A program made the translations under genes and the position numbers. From NCBI RefSeq assembly GCF_000150275.1, contig NW_002060945.1:8076011-8140010 (forward strand): DNA of 64,000 bases, in the 5' to 3' direction. Under the pieces are notes generated by a model. The model did not search any database. It saw only the letters and a list, made by a program, of their open reading frames with translations, and was not told the DNA's origin. Positions 11,439 through 24,836 of this stretch are shown here, piece after piece (position 1 is the first letter of the stretch; each line of letters opens with the position of its first letter). The DNA comes from Trichoplax adhaerens (taxonomy: Eukaryota; Animalia; Placozoa).

Positions 11439-14412
11439 ATGAACGACAAACGACATTTTACCAATCCTTATCCACCATTTTTATTACCGGAGTTGAAGAA
11501 GTATTACGACGACAATGGCAGAGTAAGTTTCTCCTTTTGATACTTACTGAAAGTATACGTTAGAAGGATGAGAAGAATAACACGATCTATCTTACAATTG
11601 ATGGATTAGAGATAGGAGAAAGAAACTCCATGACCAACTAAACTTCTAAATGAGATATTTTTACACTATCGAATTTTTCATTATCTTAATTGTATCCATG
11701 TTGTTAAGCCTCAATTAATAACAGTAACTATTGAAAGTAATAACAGATAATTAATAATAATACTTTAGGCGCCTGTGATCAGTGGTACAACCAAAGGAAT
11801 AAAAGTACAATTGCTCCAATTACTTGTAATTAATTTTTTACCATCTTCAGCTATTTTATTGCATTAAGCGTGGATAGAGAGGGTATAAAAGATAAAGTAC
11901 ATTACTATGCGCTTTTGCGGGCTGTTGAAATTTTCTTCTTGGAGAACAATAGAATGATTTTTTGGATGTCAATTTTTCGACTTTATACCGATCTACTTTG
12001 ATTTATCAGTAGTTATACTGATATTCTAAATTTTCTTGGATAGTACATAAAATACTTGCAGATCAATCTCAGCAGCACTAATACACCATTTAATATAGGT
12101 GTCGAATGAATGGTAGCTGAAGAAAATTAGTCTAATTTGCTGAAATACTAAATTAAAATTGTAATCCATTTGCAAGATTAAACATCAGTAAATTAATGAT
12201 CCTACAGTAGTAATAATTAATGGATACAGTATTCAATATAAATCTTACCCTGATATTATGAGTAAACTAGTGTTTTCGATAATACAAGCTGCTCTTTTGT
12301 ATCACTAAAGACAATATTAGTAACGACTCAAACTATACCAAGTAGCGTGCTGGTAGACAAAAGGGCATTCAAATTTTGGGTTACTACAGTATATGCCATT
12401 AAAGTACAACAAAAGCCCAAGATTATAGCTTTTATTTCATGCTTAGGAAAGAAAAATAATGTAAAAAAATATCTGAAATGAATAAGTAATACTGTTCGTA
12501 TTTTGATCGCATATATTTAGTGTACCGAAACTTGGCGGACTAAATTGCTTCAATATATCGACATAAAACTGAATGAATTATCTGCAGGAACTCAGCGCCG
12601 GTATCAACGAGCAGATCCAAGTATTTACGTTGGTTATGCAGGTACCTCTTAGAGCGTTATTCAATCATGACCTTTTAGAAATTATAGATACGGCACCATC
12701 TGAAATTATCTGTATTCTTCGACGAATTTGAGCATTGATTGTATACTACTATCACAATATTGCTTACGGAAATATCACTACTAATTATAATAATTCTGAT
12801 TTTAATATAATATAGGAGTTGCTATGCTTTATATTCGCTTGTCAGAAGCACTAGATAATGGGAAAAAAGAGCTATACCTGAAAACTGCATGGAATTATTT
12901 GAGTATCTCCTTGACTATGATTAGTAACACTAGGCGCCATAAAGATGTAACGTTTCTTTGTGGCGATGCTGGTATATATGCTTTGGCCGCTGTTGTATGC
13001 CACAAGCTTGGTGTTGAACAGCAATCTAAAGATTTAATTGAACAATTACAAGCCTTACATGTTCACTGTGATGATAGAAGCTTACCCGATGAACTTCTAT
13101 ATGGCAGAAGTGGTTATCTACACTCTTTAAAATTTGTTCAATTACATCTTGGCAAGGATGCTATTAAACAAGAGATTATTGATAAGGTCTGAAAAACTTG
13201 TTATGCTTCTTCTAGTAACATTTCTTTTATCATTTCCAGAGATAAAAGTAGCAAGTTTTTTATTTCTCTAGCAATCGTATTCAGGAAAAATCGGTATTCA
13301 AATTTACCGAGAGTAAGTAACATTTCTACATGTACTTCAATTAATTTATAGGTAGTAAATGCCATCATCATGTCAGGAAAGAATTTTTCTCGTGGAATTA
13401 AAAGTCGCTCTCCATTAATGTTTACATGGTATAATGACCTTTACTTTGGGGCAGCCCATGGTCTATCTGGAATTTTGTATATGTTATTAAAAGTAGGTAT
13501 AACGATATCTCATCATGACTGGGAACCGTCCTGCTTTAGCTACTAATATATAATGATGGATTTCTTTCTTAGTCAGAATCTCCTGTTGCTGTACAGTATT
13601 ATGTCAACTTGATCAAGCCTTCAATAGATTATATGTTGTCGTGTAGACTATCTTCAGGTAATTATCCCGCAACTATCGATGAATCGAGAGATTACTTAGT
13701 TCATTGGTGTCATGGGGCACCTGGAGTTATTTATACCTTCGCTGCGGCATATCAGGTAGTTCTTAGTCTTTACTTATTGAAATTCGATGTCTATCATAGC
13801 CACTATCGTTAATTTATGATGTCGTAATTTTAAATTTGATACAAATATATTTTGAAGGCTTTCAATCATACACCTTTCCTCGATGCTGCAATTGTCTGTG
13901 GTAGCACAATATGGGAACGAGGACTACTTCATAAAGGTCATGGATTATGCCATGGTGTAGCTGGCAATGCTTACGCGTTTCTGTGTTTGTATCGACTTAC
14001 CAAGGATCCGATACATCTTTATCGGGCAACACGAGTGAGTTCTTATCGTTGTTTTATTAACACTACATAACCAAATGTTAAGCTCGTATTAAACGATGGC
14101 TAAACTTATTTTAGTTTGCTGAATGGTGTATGGATAGCACAAATCATCACGCTAGAGTTGCTGATTCTCCTTATTCATTAATGGAAGGTTTGTTTCATCG
14201 TGAATGCTTACACAGAATCCTGTCTACTTAATCAATTTTTCGTTCCGAAATTATAAAATATCAAAGTTTAATTATGATTTAATAATTTAACTGGCGATAA
14301 ATTACAACATTTTGTATCACCCATTATACTTATAGGCTTGGCAGGTACCCTTTGCTTTTTATTAGACATGCTAAACGTAAAGAAATCGGCTCTTCCAGCG
14401 TTTGAATTATAG
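11439..14412 (+). CDS. LANCL: LanC-like protein (LanCL family), paralogue B, 8 coding exons
   Basis: Starts MNDKRHFTNPY. Motifs: SIYVGYAG, TFLCGDAG, LPDELLYGRSGY, YFGAAHGLSG, LVHWCHGAPG, GLLHKGHGLCHGVAGN, DSPYSLMEGLAG, and ends LPAFEL*. Confidence 0.94.
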
Positions 14413-14924
14413 CTACAGGACCTTTTATTTGCTTATTCTCTACTTTGCTATTAATTACTATAAATTATGAGATAGGCTACAATAACTATATCACCTTGTA
14501 CAGTATGTGTAAACATACCATTATTAGTCAATATACTGTACTATGCAATGCAAAAGTGTGCATCTTTCGTCGTAGAAGTTTACTTAACTAGCATTTCTTC
14601 CATCATGCATTTTAATCTGAAATTAAACTGTAAAATAGATGTGGAGATAGCATATTTTGACAATGGCAAATATTCTGCCTATTTGCATTGGCTAACTTCT
14701 TAAATTTCATTGAAATTTCATCAAGAGTCTTGTATTATGATATGCTTTCAATCTAGGTGCTTATAGTAAAATTACTATGAACAGCTGTAGAAAGATTTTA
14801 CCAGATGGGTCAATATATACCGATTCTACAATTCAACTCTTAGCATCCACCCTAGTCTTGAATATCAACACATAAATTACTTAGGTAATTGATACTCATT
14901 ACTTCATTACTATACGCCAATATT

Positions 14925-15043
14925 AAGTTATCCATCGACATAATTCCAATAAAATACTTCTATGGTAACTTATTCTATCGACATGATTCCAATAAAATAC
15001 GTCTATGTTAACTTATCCCCCAATCGATATGATTGTAATAAAA
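14925..15043. repeat. Minisatellite, ~3 copies of a 43-46 bp unit
   Basis: atcgacat(a/g)attccaataaaatac recurs at ~14934 and ~14977, and in diverged form at ~15023. Confidence 0.8.
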
Positions 15044-15528
15044 TGAAGGCCCAAGCTAATGTCCAATGCGAGCGTCGATGCAGTATTACTGATTAGCTTA
15101 AAAGGCCAGGCTAATGATGTAACTAGTTTAAAAATATCTCCAAGTTAGCAATGTCTCTCATCGTTATTGGTGAATAGTATGGTGTCGTTGCCGTGATCGA
15201 GATAGGAGATTATGAGCTCGAAATAATAATGATGACATGTTAGATCATTCCAGTCGTCTTGCACTCTTGCGCCATTTACTATATGTAATTTTATATGATG
15301 GCAAAGTCTGTACGTCTGTATGCAGGGTATACAGCGCATAGAAGCGACAGTTTTTCTCTACAGTCGAGCAGTCAGTACGCAATCTTCTATGTTTTACTAT
15401 AGATTACGATACTATCATCTCGTGTACTATACCGTAGCATTCTCTCGAATAGTCACTACCGTGCTCGTCTTGTTCGCCGCCATTCTCAATTAAAGGGTTA
15501 AGCACAGGAAAGTTGAGCACCAGCAAGC

Positions 15529-17500
15529 ATGGCAAACAAACTTTACAGATTGCAATCTCAAATGATGACCTCGTCAGGTCTTCGTGTTCTTACGATGCAA
15601 TCGTTGTCGTATGTAAGAGGGAATTTTACCGCGGAAGCCAGTAAACTTACCAGGAGTAGGTTGCAATCAGCAGACCTTGGAAATTTTAACACGATGTGGG
15701 TACGTGGTATGGCTGGACATAACAAATGGTCTAAAATTAGGCATAAAAAAGCTGCAAATGATGCTAGTCGAAGCAATGCTTTCAGTAAAATTATCCGAGA
15801 TGCAACGCATGCCGTTAAAGGTACAACTATGAGGCGTAAATTAGTGCAGTTATACTTTGAAATTGATGATAGGATACCTTCAAACGTCACTTGATCAATG
15901 GGAATACAACTGCAGTTGATACTATACTTGATGTCATTTGCAGAAGGAGGACCTGATCCTGAGTCTAATTATCGTCTTGCAAGCTGTATCTCACAAGCAA
16001 AATCCATCAATATGCCCAAGGCGACGCTCGAATATGCCATTAAAAATGCTGCAGGCGTAAGTTGCATTTTCAATCAACGTAATACACTAGTACAAGTACA
16101 GTAATGACATCTCCATTTCGCTACACATTCTAATAGGAAAATAATGATGTGGCCACTGATCAAGTACTTTATGAAGGTCGGGGCCCTGGCAATGCTGCCT
16201 ACCTTGTTGAAGTTCTGACCACCAATCGTAATCGAACGCGTTTACAAGTCAAGCAGATATTTACCAAATACGGGTTTGTATCTTATTAGTAGAAAAAGAC
16301 TTTACACGATTAGGATACGATTGAAGCACTAACGGTGAATATTTGGTTGATTCCCTTACAGAGGGTCGCTCGCTGATCCTAATTCTGTAATATTTCAATT
16401 TTCTCGAAAAGGTATCTAAGAAATAATACAGTAATTTGCATTATAGCTTGGTGTATATGCATGTATAGATGTCAGTAGTAATAAGCTTACGTCTAGAAGC
16501 TATGCTTTTCCAGTTGCACATAGCGCTTATGTAATGCTATCTAAGGACCCTTTCTAATATCCATAAAATATTGCCTGTTTGAAGGTTAAGATTGACAGCG
16601 TTTTTATCACTGTATTGAATAATTTGCGTAGTCTTTGGTTCCCTTAACTAAAATTTCTTAGCTATCAGTCAAGATCAAATATGTGATGGCAAAATACTTA
16701 TACGCGTATGTGCACCTCTCGAACAGTTGAAACCCATTAAAGCACATTATGTTCCTGTAACACACTAATACATATGTTATGACATGTATATATATAAAAG
16801 GTGCTTACTCTGTTCTATCGCCCTAAAAATAACTACTTATAATAACTAGGGTGTATTGCGGTAGAATCATCCAAGATTGATAGTAAAGATGCACTAAATA
16901 AGGTGGGATGTTGTATAGGATAGTAAATAAAAGCTTAGTAGTATGCGGTTGTGATTTGGTATTTATGTTAATGTGATAAATTATGATCTTATTGATCAAT
17001 TAATTATAATTATAGGCCTTCGAACTGGCAATTGAGATTGGAGTAGAAGATGTCAAGCAAGTAGAATTTAACGACCAAGATTGCATTCAAGTAGGTTCAT
17101 GATGATCTACAAATTTGACTATCAATGTGCTAATATTACGAACCCTTTTTATGGCTGCTTTTAAGTGTTAGATACGGAATCTAGCATTGTTTACTAAAAT
17201 ACTTTTAATAGTAATCTTAGTATTTTGATTGACTATGCTTTTTTGTTGAGATAATTCGATAATTTGCGATTATTTTCTATTGGACTATAGTTCGTATGTG
17301 AAGTGAGTAGACTTAATTCCTGTAGTAAAAGTCTACAACTCATGCAGCTGGAGCCGGTATCTGCAACACTCGAATATTTACCGCAAGCACCGATTACGCT
17401 ATCCAAATCAAAATTGGATCAGGCATCGAAATTAGTTGAAGAATTAAGCGACCATGACGATGTAATTCGTGTACATGATAATATCTCTATTTCAGGCTAA
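15529..17500 (+). CDS. TACO1: TACO1/YebC-PmpR family mitochondrial translational activator, multi-exon
   Basis: An Arg/Ser/Leu-rich presequence precedes [14 protein letters not shown]. Further motifs: [42 protein letters not shown], and the C-terminus [14 protein letters not shown]. Confidence 0.93.
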
Positions 17501-18006
17501 CTTAGCTAGAAAATTTAGAAAATCTATGCAAATGCTTGCATGGTAAATGATAGCTATTCTATGTTTTGAATTATAATCATGCTACTGCATTTGAGGATGG
17601 TCACCGAGATAATGGATAATAGCGAACTTGAAAATACATCTATGTTTCGAAATTAATACTGATTTAATATATATTGGCATATTCGGTTAATTTGGTTTGG
17701 TTTCAGTATTGAAAATTGTGAAAGATTTCTAACTTAAACCAAACTGTGACTAGATGTAGATAGGAGGTTGCATGATGTAGTACAGTGTATTGTATTGCAA
17801 TAGTCTGAGTATGGTAATAACAAAATGGCTGCGGCTGTAATCTATTGCAGTCTTAGGGATCATCATCGGATTAGCATTCTATAATAATTAACAATTGATA
17901 AGAAAGTAAAATATATTTTAATGGATTTATCAAGTAAGTTCTATTGACTTTATTATTCCATCCTATCATTATTTACAAAATCATTAAGCAAGCTTGTCAT
18001 AAACTG

Positions 18007-21000
18007 CTATTTTATGATTTTAAGTTCCAGTTCTACTAATTCTATCCGTCTCCTTAGCATTTCTATATCTACTTTAGTTGCCTTGGATTTTTCTAAATGA
18101 CGGAGCACATAATGTTTTAAAAATATCAGCAGGCCTTCTCTAAGGTCTGACAGGTGTGATAAATTTCCTACTCTGCCAAAAATTGACCTAGCAATGTAAA
18201 TAAATTAAACAAGCTATATGTCAAAGAGTTGATTTTAATACAAGCGTAGTAGTTTTAAAAATCAGCGCCTAATCAGGTTGCACAATTTTACCTGCAAGAC
18301 TTTTCCGATTTATCCAGTAATAATTGCAGCAATAAAGAGCGATAGAATTTGATAGAAGTTTCATTCAATTCGCCAAAATTGACAATCTACGATATAAAAT
18401 TAAACCCAGTAAGTTAACGACGTCTACAGCGTTGCCAATGCTAGATGTGGTATAAGTGCAATGTTAAGTTTAAAACTTAATTAAGCTCAAACATTGATAT
18501 AAAATTTTTCCATAGTTAACAAACCTTCAATGCAGAAAGCGATAACGAGTTGGATAAAAATAAATTAGCCAATAATTTAGAAAAGGTCAGGCGTTGAATT
18601 TTTGAAAGATCTTCCAGCCGCTTCAAGCGATCCCATATCGAATACTGGAACGTGATCTATATCAACGAGAGTAATTGTCTCACTATCACGGTTCGATATT
18701 CAAGAATATGGTTAAAATAATTGATTACTTCTTTACATTGTTAACGAACCTGGTAATTGCGTTTATATTCACAAAATTTCTGTCCTAGGTACGCGTAAAA
18801 TGGATTAAAAGATTTCTCCTACAGTGTAAGAACATCCCATTAGACTTGTAATACACCAATATAGAAATTACGTCATGCCCGAGCAAATCTTAACATACTT
18901 GCAAACAACAATCCAATAAAACATGAATTATGTCCCTTTCTTGTTTATTTTTCAGTTTCAATTTCAGTAAGTTCTCAAATGCGTTAACATAGTCCTATTA
19001 TAAATCGGCAATGCAATGTCAGTGAAAAGGAATACGTACACATATGCAATGTAAAATTGAACAATTAACATAGTTACATACCTGACTTGACATTATGATG
19101 CAAAAGATATTTCGTCTGATGTCAGTATTCATTCTTTGCTTCTTAGCTAGTTCTACTAATCGATTATCGCCAATACCACTACCTGAGAGTTCTTTATCTT
19201 GCCCTGTAATGTTGCAATGGACTTAAGAAAGAGTTCACAAATGAAAATTGTGCTAATACAATAAGCTGAATAGCTTACTTCCAAAAGTCTCTCTATCGGA
19301 CCACGATGAACCTATAACCCACCAGCGACCTTTTTACAAAGACAAGAAGTTATCAGAAGAGTTTTTGCATGTTAACATTGCATTACCTTAGTTAAGTAGT
19401 AATACATGTATTACCTGTTTTATTGCAAGCTAACAGATCTTTCAAAGAAATTTGCATTTGTGCATCACCTTGGCGCTCTATAATCATATCGCAAGGTACA
19501 TACGCATATAAAAGATAGTGATGTAATTCAGTACTGTATACAACTATAAATGTAATTATGCCTACATAAAAGAAATTTTACCTTTACTTAAACGCCTGCA
19601 TATAACCTTTAAATTTTCTAAAAGAGTTGGATCGAATAAAGCTAATTTCTTCGAATTATTATTGCAGACATACTTGAGCGTATCAAGCATAAAATTAATT
19701 CGCGATCTAAAGTTATTTATACACATAAAAAGAAATTCCTCGGTATAGAGTATAATTGTATCATCGAGTTTCATAACGATAAAATTGTATACTCAATTAT
19801 AGACTTACGCGTCATCTACTGTACAAACCAGACTGCCAGATTTAGAATGAATTTGACTAGCGATCTCCTAATGATTGATAAATGCTTATAATTTTGAACA
19901 AAAAATCAAAAGAACGAATTATCACATCATGCCATACCTTCAAGGCGGTGGGATCATCATTTCGAATTTGTAGCCCAACATCTTAAGTCATTTAATTAAC
20001 ATTGTATTCTTTTAGACTTTATCGATAATATTGAAGTATTCTTGATTTCGATGAAAGTTTTAAATCTGATCTATAAATCGAAAGACTAGTAAACTTACTC
20101 CGGAGGATATGCAATAGTAATTCCACGTCAAGTTGGTTCATACTTTCAATAGATTTTCGAATCAAATCGTATATTAAAGTGCAATGAATAACCTGCAAAG
20201 AGAAAGAACGCGACATCGTTCAATCTAACTCGCTTAGTAACTGAAGTCGTATAGACAATTTATTAGCAAATTCAATCATGATTGACTATTCTTCTTTCAC
20301 CTTAAAGTTATATAAATGGCAAAACAAAGATAATGCATTATGGCACCGCTTATTCGTACCAATAGGACCAATTTCATTGTATAAATTTTTGTAAAATAGA
20401 GCTAGTTTTTCTATAAAGTGAGCACCTATGCAAAGTGAGAAAATTTCGTTGAAAAAGTGCTACTTTACGCCTTGAATATACGCACATTAGTGAATTCTAA
20501 CCGATTTCAGTGCCAACGTTGGAGTGTAATACTGTGATAACAACAACATGCTCCATAATTAACTTTTCAGGAATCAGCGTATTTTGGATGCAGCTATCAA
20601 AAATCAGTTGAGTCAAGGTTTCTGTTACGCCTGTTCAATTATATATAACATATATGTAATTATTTACAATAGAATTGGAGAAAAGATTAGTCGTAACATA
20701 AAAGCTGCTTAAGATTGCTTGTAGTTGATTAAATTATTAACCGAATCTACTGTAGTTCCGATATAAATTTTCAATCTGATTAATGATAATCCCAATGTTA
20801 GACTCGCTCAATCTGGTAAAAGCAACAAGTTGATATAATTAGTACAATTAACCGCATGGAAAAATACTTAAAGTCTACATTGAAATGTAATATTTTCTGT
20901 AAATAATTAATTAAATTTGGTAGAATAACCTATTAATATAGCCCTTCATCTGTTTTCGAATAGCATCTATTTCTTTGGAATCATTCTCATTTCGCATTCT

Positions 21001-23766
21001 TTGTTGAGGAGGTATATATTTTTCTGTCTTAGTCGTGAGTAAATCCTTACGTAACTCATTACTTTCATTATTTACGGATTCCGTGTGGCTATCACCATCA
21101 TTGCTAGCGCATTCATCAGCTGTACTGTTAGATTTATTTTCTAGGTCAACTTCAGAGTCTTCCTCCAAACTTTCTTCGTCATTTATACAATCGCTGTTAT
21201 CACTGTCCAAATTCACATTTTCTCCTTCGCTACTCAAATCTTGGCTTACGAAATTATCTTCGTCTGCCTCGCTTAGTACTTCATCATCACTTTCACAAGA
21301 ATCATTATCATCGCTAGAATTGTCTGACTGACGTTTTAATATGCTCTTTGTCTTTTGCTTTTTCCGAGTAATAACCTTATCAACGTTAGTATTTGAATCA
21401 ATTCTATCGCATGCCTCAAGTAAATCTGAATTTCAAAGTTAAGGATTTATTACTGTAAATTTAAGCGTATACAATAGATCATCCATTAAACTTGATAGTA
21501 TCCTACTTTGCAATTAATTACCTCTACAAAATTTGAAGACAGTATCACTGGATATTGAAATCATTGTACACGTAGAATATACTTACTGTAGAATAATTAA
21601 TTAAAGTTATTTATCATCTGCTAAAATATTTTATTACGAAAGATTGGAGTTAATTTGGCAAGGTAGATACAGTCAAGCCCATCACTTCGAAAGGCTGATG
21701 GCAATGGATTTTTCTTATTAAGTTTTAATTTCCACTCTAATTTTGAAATTACTTTATCATCCACTTTATTAGCCATGGAGAGATTTATCTTTGAATTATT
21801 GAATGATTGATTATCCTGAATGAATTGAGTATTAAAGTCATCAAAGAAATTTAGATAGTAAACAAGGTAATATTATAGTGCTCGTTATGCCATACTATCG
21901 TATAAGTACAGTAAATTGATCATTTTATATAATATTATATTTGCATGGCGCATTCACAAAACAAGGTGTCTATCGATGACTTACTTCATCTTGAACCTGG
22001 TTCCTTTTCCTTTTTTTCTTTGAGCTAAGGGATTTTTTACGATTATCGGATGTAGGTTCTTGGCTACTCTTAGGATGTTTTGCTTCAGTGCTATTTGTGG
22101 TCATTTTCTGTCAAAGGGAGTATTTTATAATTTCCATTGAATGATGTAGTACTAGCTTATAACATAATCTATAGCATAATGGAATATTTTTAATTTTTTG
22201 CAACTTCTCCAGTATTATCAGCGTTATTACAGCGTGGATTATTCAGCTTATATAAGGATAACTGTACAAGTAATGGAAGTGCATTATAGATCTATTATTA
22301 ATACTGCAAATTAAAATAATTTATTGGAGAAAAGTGAGCACGACAGCAAGTTAAGCTTCCATACAGTATCTATTTATTAAGTAAAGACATGAAGCATTTT
22401 TGTAGGTGCTATGGAATCGATTGATACGCAAATTAAGAGAATAGCAAATGCTTGAGGTGAATTACTAGTACTTTATAGCCATTCAACTGAATAGACTAGC
22501 TTGATGTATATCATAGGCGAAGATGGAAGAGTGGCAGAGTTCATAATGAAAAATGGTAAAGCGTCTGCTATCATTGTATAATATTTATTATCAATATTTG
22601 AAAAGTATTTCTGAGTGGAGAATAACTAGCGCTAATTAACTAGATCGAGAGTGATAATAAAATTGCAAGTTACTTTTAGAGTTTACATACAGAATAATAT
22701 GCACGTCTGTTTTGTTTTTTAGCTAGTCTTGATTGCTTTCTTCTTTCTTTTCTAGAAATGGTTGATGAAACTGACTTTATGGCATCAAAGTCTTTTTCTA
22801 TTGAAGAGAAATAATATTAAGTTGAAATTTTGATTTATTGTGCAATAGGTTTGAAACATGTAAGCTCAATGTAATCTGTAATTTAAGCTATAGCAATCGC
22901 ATGTAGTTTTACTCAACGTATTCATACTCGTCAACTCTACTTAAAGGTAGTATGCAATTCAATCAAAATGTAGCTATAATCGACAAGAAAAAGTTCTTGG
23001 CTAAAACAAAGTTCATGCGTGATGAAGCTAGTTTCACTACCACTGCCTAGCTTGATTCCATTCTACCGCAAGCTACTGTTGAATTATTTTCGGATCGGAT
23101 TGACTATAGCTATTTCATCCAAGTACCCGCTACTATAGCACAGTAGTCGCTATCACACCCAAAATTGAAGCTTATATCCCCCCATTGAACAAAGCTCAGT
23201 AGACGGCTAGCACGGACTACAGGGCATCCATTCTCTTATTCAAGCAGTTGAAGCAGTCTCTGTAACTAGCTAGCATAAGTGATAATCTGCTATAACGATA
23301 CGATATCGTATTTTGTCATCTTTTACAATATTGGCATCATCCTACCGCAGCGTGATTGCAATGTGGGCATCGATGATTCTATCCTGTCAATTACGACAAT
23401 GCCTTACAACAGATCAAATATGAAAATCAATGAATGATGTATCAATGGTGGAGATGTTCACTGCTGTACAACTACTAGGCTGCCATTAGCAATACATGTA
23501 TCGATTACATCTGATGTGCTGTTGAATGGGTGCTGGCTGAAAGCTGAGCCAACAATGCAAATGCAATGAAGTATTTTGCAGACTGGATGACTGTCAAGGT
23601 ATGCAAAAGTAACATGCCTGACCATAGTAATTGAATTTTGCAATAGTAAATAGCAGTGATTGTCGATAATCTATCACCGTTTTATTGTTGTTATTTCCAC
23701 TACTTTATGCATGCAATTGTAAAGCCAGGCATTACCTTCTCCTCGAGCTGTTTTTGCCTTTCCCAT
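18007..23766 (-). CDS. NOM1: Nucleolar MIF4G domain-containing protein 1 (NOM1/Sgd1; MIF4G + MA3), many exons
   Basis: Motifs: SRKERRKQSRLAKKQRR, an acidic tract, KYIPPQQR, KGYINRLSESNI, GLQIRNDDPTALK, RINFMLDTL, GRWWVIGSSW, AKKQRMNTDIRRNIFCIIMSS, FNPFYAYL. The first exon MGKAKTARGE at 23766-23736 is less certain. Confidence 0.88.
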
Positions 23767-23819
23767 TGCTTCTCTTTCTTTCTGCCACCACTATTGAGCA
23801 GAGTCAAATCTCGGTCGTC

Positions 23820-24710
23820 AGGTCCTGTACTTGTACAGTATTGAACAAGATATCCGATTCTATAGTACTGTAGAGAAAGCTGAACGGTATCCTAGTAACG
23901 ATAGTACTGTATTGCGCAGTTTGAACTCAGTGAGTTGGCAACTTGGCATACTGAACAGTCTACTGTACAGTGTACAGTACATTGTCACAGCACTGTACTC
24001 TTTCAACTTGGTATTGTACACTGTCGCAGTTGCGCAGTTTGAACTCAGTGAGTTGGCTTACAGAACAGTCTACAGTACTGTACTGTACAGTGTAAAGCAC
24101 ATTGTCACAGCACTGCACTCTTTCAACTTGGTATTGTACACTGTAGCTTGTGGTCCTGCCGTCCTGTAGTCCTGACTCCTGACGCCTGACAGCCGGTCGG
24201 CCGGCCCACCCCTCCCTGAAACCTCGCCCAGGTGTGAGTCAGCTTTCCCGTAAAAGAAAATGACAGAAACTGAAACCGCAATCAATCTACAGTACACTAC
24301 TAATTTAAGCAGAAAATGTCTAGGTTGTAGAAAGAGTGTACACTGTACTGGATCAAGCAAGACCTGGTGGGAAAGATGTCATTTTCCTTGTCCACCATAC
24401 TGGACTGTCAGGGACTACTAAGAAAGACCCAGTCCTGACTCAAACTACTGAACCCAAAGGAAGACCACTGCACTAGTAAGGCACTCACTGTACAGTGCAC
24501 AGTGTACAGTAGAAAGTGAATTTCCACACCCAATTACTGTACTGTACTGTACACTGTGACTCTGTACTGTACGTACACTGCTGTCCATACAATACAGTAG
24601 TGTAGTGCATACTGAGTGCAGTACCGCCCAGCAGTCTTGGAATAGTACAGTACCATAGTAGGAAAGGCAACTTGCTTGCGTCACTGGACATCCTCCTGTG
24701 ATTGGTGACA
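23820..24710. promoter_or_regulatory. Bidirectional promoter NOM1/Ral with TACAG/CTGTA arrays, GC-rich core and CCAAT box
   Basis: Lies between divergent starts at 23766 and 24837. Dense arrays occur at 23825-24145 and 24485-24660, with a GC-rich patch at 24150-24240 and gtgattggtg at ~24698-24709. Confidence 0.65.
23912..24145. repeat. Tandem duplication, 2 x ~118 bp
   Basis: ttgcgcagtttgaactcagtgagttgg...attgtcacagcactg..ctctttcaacttggtattgtacactgt occurs at ~23912-24028 and again at ~24030-24145. Confidence 0.9.
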
Positions 24711-24836
24711 ACCAGAGGATGGAATCCGATTGTCCGACTTGGCCATACAAATCCTTCAATTAAGGTGAAGACTTGCTTGAACGTCCATTTGTTGTAGAAG
24801 AAGCAAATAGTGGGGGGAAAAAGCCACCAATTCATC

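Noticed and set aside
1765-14412. Animal lanthipeptide (RiPP) cluster: kinase plus two LanC genes
   Set aside because: The kinase is an ordinary CDK12/13. I found no LanB or lyase dehydratase, no transporter and no convincing Ser/Thr/Cys precursor ORF. The LanCLs are standard intron-containing eukaryotic types.
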